The notes beneath the pieces are model-generated. The model saw only the letters and a list, made by a program, of their open reading frames with translations, was not told where the DNA came from and did no database searches. Made by a program: the position numbers and the translations under genes. Positions 53,964-64,000 of a stretch of DNA of 64,000 bases are shown here, in pieces (within the stretch, counting starts at the first letter, position 1; each line of letters starts with the position of its first letter). The stretch comes from Lingula anatina. Taxonomy: Eukaryota; Animalia; Brachiopoda. The stretch spans positions 14,298,651 to 14,362,650 of the forward strand of contig CM120647.1 in NCBI GenBank assembly GCA_051362555.1, in the 5' to 3' direction.

Positions 53964-55434
53964 AGGCCGGGTCACACTGCGCTTGCGACCTTTTTGCAAC
54001 CTTTTTGCAACCACAAAATCTGCCGGTCGCTTGCGATCACTTTGCAAGCTAATTAAGAAGCTGTGGCCAATTTTGCTCGGCAAGCAGTCGCAAAACGGTT
54101 GCAACAAGGTTGCAGCATGGTATCTGCGACCTCTTATAGACCATCTTCAAGTTATAGGTTACCAGTCGCACACTGTTTGCCGAGCGATACACAACCTGTC
54201 TGCAACCACTTGGTGGCCGAAAACCGGTTGCAGGACTGTAGCAAACCCTTGTCAACTGGTAGCAGCAAGGTCGCACAGAATATATATGTTGCCAAATTGT
54301 CACAGTGGCTGCTTTCCCATATATTCCCCTCTCAAAAGACAAAAATTTTCTAGTAAAACGATTCCTTTTCAAAAAGTCGGGACTGCTATAATCATTGACT
54401 TAGTTGACCTAAGAAGTAAAACGAGTTAAAAAAAAAAACTCGAAAATACCGGGTGAACCCGTGGATTGCAAGACGCCCCTTGTAAGGCGATTACAAACAT
54501 TTGATGGAGAAACTTCGACTTGAAAATCAGGAAGTTTTCATTTCTTTCCTGAAAATAGAACCAATAATGTTTTGTGAACTTTTGAAAAGACTACACCCTC
54601 GCCTAACGAAACCAGTGCTGTAATAAAAAACATAAAATTGCATACGTTTTAATATTAGTTATCTCATAATGCTGTTTAATATTTTCTTGGTCAAATAATT
54701 GGTCTCTTTGAGGTCGCAAGGCCTGTGCAGTTACGGTCACACTGAACAAAAAACCTCTTTGCGACTTGCAACTGTCACCGGTTGCAAAAAGATCAGAGAC
54801 CGGTTGCAACAACTCGCAAAGTGGTTTCCAAATGAACGCTGGGTTAATATCCAGTTGCGCCGGTTTTCGGTGCAGCACCGATAACCTCCTGGCGACCGAA
54901 AAACCTACTTGTGGTATCCAACCGGTTACTAACAGGTCGCCGACTGCTTTGCAACTGATTTGCAACCGAATGTGTGGTTTTCTCTTTGTCTTTTTTACCC
55001 TACGCGTTTGCCACTTACAATACAACGTAATTAAATTGTGACAAGTCATGCGCATCGTGTACTTTTTACACTCTCATCTTTGTAGTGAGGATACCAAGCA
55101 CTGGGAAGATGTTAAATTATTGTGTTGAAACTATTATTATTTAAGTCTATTGGACACATTTTACGATTTGTTCATTTATTTGTGGATAATTTTGATTTTT
55201 GAAATTATGATATTAAATAGCAGTTATACCTTGCTGATTAAATTGCTTTTATTTTCCGTTTTCTCTGCATTCGTGTATTTGTTTCATTGTTTACTCTGAT
55301 AATATGGCTTTGCAAATTTGAAATAACATACAGCGATATGTAATTGAGGTTTTCGGCATTTTACCTATGATTTTCGCAAAATCATAAAATAAATAAACGC
55401 AGCGTAAAAAAATCGTACATTGCTTTTATCATCA

Positions 55435-55473
<39 letters not shown>

Positions 55474-56121
55474 GTTTCGTAGGTGTGAAATACCTGGTAT
55501 ATGAAAGCCTTGGCAATCTGTATAAAATATTGCCAACAAATGCAATTGATGTTTTCTTTTTCTGAAACTTTATAATTTATGACCTTGATATTTAGAAGGC
55601 TTACATAACAAGTTATGAAAAAGTCTTTGCCCAAATAGACCACCATCCTACGCCTATTTCATTGCAGTCGCTTGCAACCTTCCTGCGACATATTTTCGAA
55701 CGCCTGCCATCGGTAAAAAACCTGTTAGCGACCAAGATATTAAAGACCGTCAATCGACCATGCAGTTACAACTGCAACCTTCTTGCGACCTGCTGCCGAC
55801 TATTTGCGACTGGTAAAAAACTTGTAAGCGACCAGTCGAGTAAATACGGTCAATCGACCGTGCAGTTGCAAATGGTATGCTACTGGTTATAGCAACCTAC
55901 TGACAACCAAGAAGAGGCCGATAGGCAACCTTTAGGATACCGATAATTTTCATCTTTAGTCGCTCTGGTTGTCGGTGCACAAAAATGGCCTTCATGTGTC
56001 AGCAATCGCAGGCGACCTGTTAGCAACCTTATGCGACCTCTTAAAAACCTATGGCAACCTCCTTGCGACTGAGGTTGCAATGAGGTTGCCAAAAGGTTGC
56101 AAGCGCAGTGTGACCCAGGCT
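53964..56121. mobile_element. Non-autonomous PIF/Harbinger-like element
   Basis: TIR aggccgggtcacactgcgcttgc / gcaagcgcagtgtgacccaggct with TTA TSD. Empty site ctgttaggag in C at ~31435. Dense tgcaacc/ggttgca subterminal motifs. Confidence 0.88.
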
Positions 56122-58590
56122 TTAGGAGAGTGAGGCGCATTTTGCAACTGAACGCATTTTGCAACCGGTTGCAAAATGCGGTCGGTTGCAAAATGCGGCT
56201 CTACAACACCAACCAACAACTTCACAATGATACTTGACCTAGACGAAAGCAGGTTAAGCGTTTTCAAAAGCGATGGACGTGGAGGGATTTGGAGAACGGC
56301 TGCCAAAAAGGATTTTCCAATGTTCAGTCTCTATTCAACAGAACCCCCACCCCCCACCCCACATAAGTCATGGTATAGTGTGTATTGCCTACCATGGTAT
56401 GGGCAAGCTGGCAGTGGTCTGTGTGAACCTTAACACAGTTCCATTCCGGAAGTAACTTAAGGAATTCTGTCAAGAATATCTTTTCGGACGATGACCACCC
56501 ATTTATGTTTTAGCATGATAATGCTACTGACGCACAGGTAATGTATAATAGTATAGATTGGTGTTATGCCAACCAGACCTTGACCCCATGTGGACAGCTC
56601 ATTCCCCAGATCGGAACCTTATAAATAATGTGTGGGGTATCCACGGAAATTGATAATTTAAGTATAATCCTGCTAACAAAAAATTATCTCATACTATATT
56701 TGCACCGTATGTGGAAAGCAATCACTCAACAAAAACAAACAATCATGCTTCAGGTACGTCCCCCAACCTAAAGGCTACTGTACTAAATACTAAAATATGC
56801 CTCTGATTTTTTTTACTGACGTTAGTTCATTTATTGGTTATACACAATCAGTAAATTATAAATAAAAGCTATTAAACAATGATATAATATACAAATTTAC
56901 AACACTGCAATTGCCAGTAGATGTAGCGGTGTCGTTTAGATCTAGTGCTCATTCCCAATGAAACTACAGGTCTACGTATAACGACCCAACTCCGTGAGAA
57001 CCCTCGCCGAATGCGATCAGTTTAACAAATTAACCCGCGTCTTTTTGCTTCCAGCGTACTCTTATAGTCACCAGCTTTACCGTACTCTACTCAACTCGCC
57101 CAAGAAGTGGTTCATGTACTTATGGGATAATAACTGTTTATTTTGGCCAAACAAAATAAAATAATTTTCCTGGAATAAGCAACAATTTTCCCATACTTAC
57201 CAATGGTTATTCAATCCATTTCTACATTCAAAGTTAGTCCTTGTTTAAGAGATTATTACAGAATATAGCCATCTATGGAGGTCATTTTATCCCATGACAA
57301 GCTCAGATATCAGAATAAAAGCTATAACTGCCGTTTTTGTGGTAATGTGTTATATATATTATATTTCTATGCGTTTTTGTAATGTTTTAATGTGAAATAT
57401 AGATCTCATACGAAGAGTTGTTATCCCTGTGTAATGCGTATGATGGTTTATACCCTTGGATATCGGCGGTTTGTTAAATAGTATACAAATTTAAGATAAT
57501 TTTATAACGTGACTACTAGCGAATCCTTTTGTCAGAGAATAAAAATGTCGCTTTGGGTCAGACTTACTCTAAAAAAAAGCTCAGTACCCGCCAAGAATAT
57601 CACAACCGGACCGAAGATCAATGCTGTGAAGATTGAAAATGCCTGGAAAGAGTTACGCTGAAAGGGAAAATGAAAGTGAAAGTAGCATACATAATATATA
57701 CATCGTATATCATAAATTTGCTTCAGTATATAGAGACCTGTTCAAACTGAGCGTGACATACCTGTATGTCAGCCCCACAGCTGTATTGGTATGTTCTGGT
57801 AGGAAAACCATCCGTCATGTTATTACGCCACTGCATGGGAGATTATTTTAAAAATTCTTCACAGCCGATGGTAGGTATTTGATTGGTTGTCTTTAGCGTG
57901 AGGAGGGGGGGAGCTGTATTTCAAGATGACTCTCTTACGTAAAGATCAGGCAATAGAATGATCAGATTCTCAAAACTTATCAGCTCAGATGTGCCGCTTA
58001 GATACTTGTGTAAAAAGCAAAAATGAACAATGAGAAACCGTTTTAACTGACACTCCATTGGTGAGCCATAAAATTACCCTTGCATCTTAAAAAATATTAC
58101 TAATATCACTCACCAGACATCGTTTGGAACCTTGACGATCTTTTGTGATGCAAGCACCGAAAATACCGGTGAAGAAAAACTGAAAAGGAGAGAGAGATTA
58201 AAATCAGAATTTTCTACAACATTTAATCTTAGACTAGAAAGAACGAACATTGCCGACTGCTATCGATCAAAAAGGCTAGAGTTTAATTGATTGATAGTAG
58301 ATTTTCAAGTTTGCATTGATGGGTATCAATTATTTTGGAAAACTGTCAGAAAATAACTCTGGATGCGCCACTGTCCTTCAGGACAAGTAGCCAACAGCTA
58401 ATGATCGGAGAAGAGCAGGTACATTATGTAATACAAATACTGTTACATGTTCAAGATACCAAGACTTGGCTAAGTTTTGCGTCTGCATGCTTCAAAAGTA
58501 AGAAAGGTAGAATAAATTAAGGGTAATGTTTAAAAAATCAAAGTTAATAAAATAAATAAAATAAAAACTTACCCATGCACCGCACCATAT

Positions 58591-61500
58591 TAGTCGAGTC
58601 GCCACTCCCATAGGCCCAATAGTCGAACCCTGCAATTTTCTTTCCTGTAAACTTTTTTTGCTGAAATGCATTCTTCAGGCCGAGAGAAGCAAAATTAGCT
58701 TGGTTGCTATTTCCGAGACCTTGAGCATTTTTCAATATGGCCGTCAATTTATGACGAAAAATAGAAAAACGACCAGAAGTCGCCGGGTAAACTTTATTGA
58801 CAACTTTCTTGAACGTGTATCCTATCAGGAGAGCACAACAGTACTAGTGAATACGCTTTATCGCGTACCACTAAGCAAAAAACCAAAATGGCCGTCAAAA
58901 CATAAGGCAGAAAATGATAAAAGCTGCAGAATCAGTTTGTTTTTTGCATATTTATTTTTATAAAAAACATATCCCCTTTTTATATTTATGTTAATTATAA
59001 TATTTTGTTAGTCATGACCCGAAACTCTTGGAATAAGCTTATCTGACAGTTCAGTAACCCCCCAAGAGTCTGTTTGCTACTTCTCCGGGTCCCATAGTCA
59101 AATACTTAGAATGTTATTCCCTGAATTTAACACTTTGGAGGTATAAAAGCCAATTTAATTTGGGCTTGCTTGGCAGTGGCTAGATATGGAACATTGATCA
59201 ATTTTCAAAATTCAAGATGGCCGTCAATAATATAAAAATATATTATAATATCATTATATTATAAATAAATAATTGTGTAACATATCAAAGAGTCGGGTTT
59301 AAAGTGCATGATATTCCACATTTCAAATGACCGCTAAAACATGCCCAAAAAAGGTAAAAAGCAGTTAAATTACGTTTTAAACTGATATTCGGCGTATAAT
59401 AAAATATATCTAACCCTGTTATTTATTGACAAAGTGAACTTGTAAGGTACAGTTATACTAAGACTCTATAAAAGAGGATAATTGATAGGACTGACCATTA
59501 CGTAAGTTCTCTTTTTAATACAGAAAGTTTATCAAGGGCCAACAGGGGGTTCTACAGGAATTTGGGCACAGTCCAAAATGTTCATCTGCAATCGGGACTC
59601 TTATATTTACATGGAGTCCAACCAAGTCCGTTGGTGGGGACGGGGTGGGAGGGGGGGGGGGGTGAGCGTAATTTAATCTAACTTTTGTAAAAATATTAAC
59701 CTTATTATTTTTTTTCGTTTTTGTTTTTAAATTGATCATACCTTAATATTTCAATTTTATATCTAAATCATAACTTTTTCAGTATGTACATAAAATTTAG
59801 CTTTAAAACTTCCCATTCTTTTTATTGAGATTGGCACGTGTAAGAATATTTCATCAGTATATAACAGTATTTCTAGTTTTTCTTATTACTGCACTTTTTT
59901 AACTTTGCATTTTTAAGAGTCAATAAGCAAAACATCTTACAAATCTTTTGGTTATATACTGACAGCCATTAAAATCTTTGAGGCCATATTTTTCAAAATA
60001 ATTGTTATTTTGAAGCTCTAAACTGGATTATTTTCATATGAATCATTTGTTTAGGACATTGGTATACAGAACCAAAAATCTTAAGTTTCATGAATAGTTT
60101 CAAAACAAAAATGGCACCAGCCCAACACAAAGTTACAACGGTCAATAGCCGGTACGATCTCCGCTTGCTTCGATGCAGGCGGCGATCTGTTGGTGCATGC
60201 TCGGGCAATAAATGTGGATGGGATGGTGTCGTGTGGAATCCTATTCCAGCCTTGTCGTAGTGCCTCGACCAGCTGCTGCCTTGGACAACGGACGGCCAAG
60301 ATATATGTTGTACCACAAATGTTCAATCGGATTCATATCCGGAAAATAGACAGGCCGGGGTAGGACATCCACCCCTGGGATGTCCTACCCCGAATGTGAA
60401 CGGGTCATGTCCTGTTGGGAAAAGGTGATATCAGTTTTCTGCTGCATTAACGAGGTTATGTGAGGTTGCAGGATCTGATCTACGTAGTGACGAGCAGTTA
60501 CTGGTATGTTGCCAACAACGACCACCATCGGTTGACCGCCAGCAAGCGTCGACGCACAGTGGGGCTGCTGCTCCGGTTGTTGTTCCTGCCGGGGGCTTCT
60601 TGTACTGTACGACTGACATGGCGAAACTGCTCCCGTAGCTGATGCAACCTGGTGTAGCGATCCTGGTCTGGAGTTGACACTCTCTCGCCCTGGCTACGGT
60701 ATATCGCTAACATAGCCTGGCATGTTGTGGCATTCAACCAGGTTCCTGATTGTGGGGTGGGAACAAATCAGACTCCCCTCACACCCAGTGCCCAGAGATG
60801 TAAGTTGTTCACATGATAGACATGACATGATTCCGTTCACTGGACTAACAACATGGGTGACCTTTTTTGGGCCTTTACAGGCCTCCAAAACCAATCCTCA
60901 AAATGTGCAGATGCCCACTGAGTATTGCTCAATGTGTATTTGGTCCATTTTTGCAAAAAAAGCTTACCCATGAGCAATGAACCATGGCAACATGACAACT
61001 CATCATTATCTTAACTACCCGAGCACTAAGTCATCAATAAATGCACAATGGATAATTACATCTGCCCTACAAGTAGAAAAATGCATACATTACTATCTCA
61101 AGGCTTCCATTATCTGTAAGTATATATTGGCAAAAACAACATGATGTCGATGGATAACCCTCGCATATCCCCGTACTATGTCACGTTGTCCAGAATAGCT
61201 GACTTCATGGGCCCTAACCTCTGGGTTTGTATACCCCTGCTTGGATCTCGGTTATTTATAATAAAATTCATTGTTAAACAACAAAAATGCCTTTACCCAT
61301 CGCTGTTAAAATATTTAAAACGTTTACAAGAAAAGGATAAGAATAATCCAACTTGAAGAAAACGATTTGACGCATTTTTTATTTCAAAATGATTTAGTTT
61401 ACACATGTTTGGATTGATCATAGAGCAGCATTGACGGTCATATTGGTTTTCCTTGTTTGTATCATTTAACCTAAAATATGTTTTATTGTGTGATGTGTCT

Positions 61501-62434
61501 TGAACGCAGGTATATCGTTTTTCACTTTCTATATGTATTTATATTTGTTCCAGTTAAAGTCTATTTCAGTTAAAAGCCTTGTAGTTTTACAGTTGTTTCT
61601 TTGCCCTTCCATTATGTTTTGGAGGCCATTTTTATTAAAATAACTTGCAAAAAAGAAATAAATGATCGCACTTTGCATGGATATAAATATAAATATGCAA
61701 TGATGAACAATGGAGTGAAGCATTAATTTTTTTATTTGAATGTATGGCTCTCGCTATTCACATAACAAATTGACGGCCATCTTGAATTTTGAAAAATTGT
61801 CAATATCTCCTACGTATCAACTGGCAAATAAAGTCAAGCTTATAAGCTTCTCTATGTTTTGTAGCCCAGATGAAACAATTTCTTTTAAAAAAGCTTGCAA
61901 GATATAACATAGCAAGCTTTGACTATGGGGCTCGTCGGAGTGGCAAATGGACTCTCAGGAGATGGCACCGTCTGCCACCATCTGATTAATGTCAAATAAG
62001 CTGTTTCTGAGAGTTTAGGATCATGACTAACAAATTATCATAATGGACATAAATAGAAACGGCGGAAATGTTTTTAATAAGAATTTATTTGCAAAAAACG
62101 AACTTATTTTGCAGCTGTTTTTACTTTCTGCCATATGTTTTGACGGCCATTTTGGCTTTTTTGCTATATGTAACGGGCTTAATTGTATTCACTAGTACTG
62201 TTGTGCGCTCCTGATGGGATACACGTTCAAAAAAGCTGTCAATAAAGTTTACCCGGCGACTTCTGCTCGTTTTTCTATTTTTTCTCATAAATTGACGGCC
62301 ATATTGAAAAATGCTCAAGGTCTCGGAAATAGCAACCAAGCTAATTTTGCTTCTCTCGAGCTAAAGAATGCATTTCAGCGAAAAAAGTTTACAGGAAAAA
62401 ACATTGCAGGGTTAGCGTTCTGGCTACTCGACTA
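58591..62434. mobile_element. Academ-like non-autonomous DNA transposon (3.8 kb)
   Basis: Termini tagtcgagt...actcgacta with 3-bp TSD tat. Imperfect TIRs of ~640 bp (58591-59230 vs 61768-62434). The empty exon sequence ccatatcgg is seen in B and C. Confidence 0.85.
60080..60900 (-). mobile_element. Tc1-like transposase remnant nested in the Academ-like element
   Basis: Minus-strand fragments STPDQDRY, PTVRRRL, PDMNPIEHLW and LVEALRQGWNRIP. Boundaries are approximate. Confidence 0.75.
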
Positions 62435-63800
62435 TATCGGAAAACTTGCCACTGTAATGGCGAGCATTAAGGCAGATGTAGTGTAGTCCGGGTCCGAAGT
62501 GGAAAACGAGTTAGCAAAGGTTTGGTCCGCTTCAAAATAGTTGAGATAGAGATCGGCAGAGCCACACCCTATTATAATGAGTCCCAGGGCAATCTGAAAT
62601 CCACCCAAACATTGGAGGGAACCGTAAGGAAAATTGTCTGGGCGCTCCCCCACCGGAACCACTTGGTTGTGGCCCACGTGCATTGTGGGTCTGAAAGAAA
62701 AATGGTGGTGTATTAACGGTGTGCTTTAGATGTTTTATTGTTTATTTTCTTGACTCTTTTTAAACTGCCATTATTTACGGTGAACATTATATACACGCAT
62801 GGACTTAATTGCCACTAGCCTAGAAAATGATCGAGGATTCATCCTTTCTCTCTCACTCTCACTCTCTCTCACTCTCTCTCTCTCTCTCTCTCTCTTCACA
62901 AGTATACTTGTGTATAAACAAAATACACGCAATACATATCTTTAAGTGCAAATTAAATAATACGAATAAATAGAAAAAAAGTATTATGATATAAACAAAA
63001 AAAAAACTAAATGAGATTTACCATAGGAAATGACACCCACACTGTTTTTGTTAAAATTTTTAATTCAAGAACTATTCAGAAGTACCACTACTAATACACA
63101 ATACGCTTAATTTTTTTTCACATAGAAATGCACCTACGGCTAACTCGCGGCTTAAATAAACGGCTGGAAAGATGCCTAAATGAAATTCAACGCCGCACTG
63201 TTTTGGTTACTTTTGTTCCGATAGCGCGACAGACACAATGCGGAATCCAGGGTTCGATAAAACCATCGACAGCAAGTGCATGTGTGGAAAAGCGAAACTA
63301 ATTGTCGATATCACACCTGAACTTAACGTTTAAGTTTAGATATTCTTATCTTTCGTTTTATTTCTTATATATCAGGTATATGTTTACACTTCAGACATGA
63401 CCCGTTAATGTATCCCCCTCAAACTCGGACAAAAATCGACTGTAAAGAAAGCTACGTTGCGTTGGCCAGGGGTGTTTCAGTTTGAGTCCGCCATTTTTAT
63501 TTCTTTTCTTTTTTTTTTTTTTTTTTTTTTTGCATAGCTGATATATATTTCAAATGATGTAACGTCGATGTAACATATCTTTTTGTCAATCCTACAATGT
63601 CTGTTTTACATCCTTTGCGACATCAAAGAGCGAGTATCACTTCATAAAATTCGCTCAAATGCAGTTTTATCAGGAGTCACTACACCCCAACCAATACATG
63701 TCCCATACCACTTCTTATTTAATCACGTTTTTTTTAACAAATTAACTGAAAAATAATACGTGTTTAGATAATAAAACATTAACCTTAATTCTTCTTCCGT

Positions 63801-63846
<46 letters not shown>

Positions 63847-63883
63847 GGGAAGTAGTAGTAGTAGAGATGTCATCTTAACTTAC

Positions 63884-64000
63884 CTGAGCTTTTTTTTTTT
63901 TAATTTGATCGTGTAGCCGGTTTTCCGCTGTGTCTTAACCGTCTTCACCGCCTATCCAGCCAGTCAGCGCCCTATCTTCACAGTTTGGGTTCAAATTATA
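63884..64000 (-). promoter_or_regulatory. Non-coding exon 1 of copy D (partial)
   Basis: Donor cag|gtaagt and a block homologous to A, B and C. Confidence 0.65.

Larger units (their letters stand above)
52101..62683 (-). pseudogene. MS4A/CD20-like copy D, first coding exon interrupted by a transposon
   Basis: Exons 62683-62435 + 58590-58573 (split), 58179-58114, 57657-57568, 53380-53249, 52514-52101. All are in frame apart from the insertion, which supplies TAG right after ...SFPI. Confidence 0.85.

Noticed and set aside
53983-56306. Cys/Arg-rich ORFs of 76-150 aa
   Set aside because: They arise from repeated tgcaacc/ggttgca motifs of the non-autonomous Harbinger-like element, and no transposase or Myb motifs were seen.

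Overview
AT-rich, intron-containing animal genomic DNA; the MITE/Helentron families and gene types suggest a lophotrochozoan such as a mollusc (inference). The window is dominated by a tandem array of four minus-strand, six-exon genes encoding 4-TM MS4A/CD20-like proteins. Copy A shows only its promoter, exon 1 and intron 1 (4086-8000). Copy B is at 22143-27770, C at 29945-38470 and D at 52101-64000. Only C looks fully intact. B has a nonsense codon and a mutated exon-1 donor, D has a 3.8 kb Academ-like transposon inside a coding exon, and A has a BEL/Pao LTR element in intron 1. The paralogues share TM segments but have a highly variable Tyr/Ser-rich first loop. Between the copies lie an SCP/photoprotein-type EF-hand gene, an intronless class A GPCR, a 3'-truncated TIMP-like gene with an unusual Trp-rich insert, a 1.3 kb tandem repeat carrying tRNA-like motifs, and many nested transposons. 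Several transposon boundaries could be confirmed against the empty site in a paralogous copy. Most short ORFs in the supplied track are spurious. All family assignments come from motifs recognised by eye, not from database searches.
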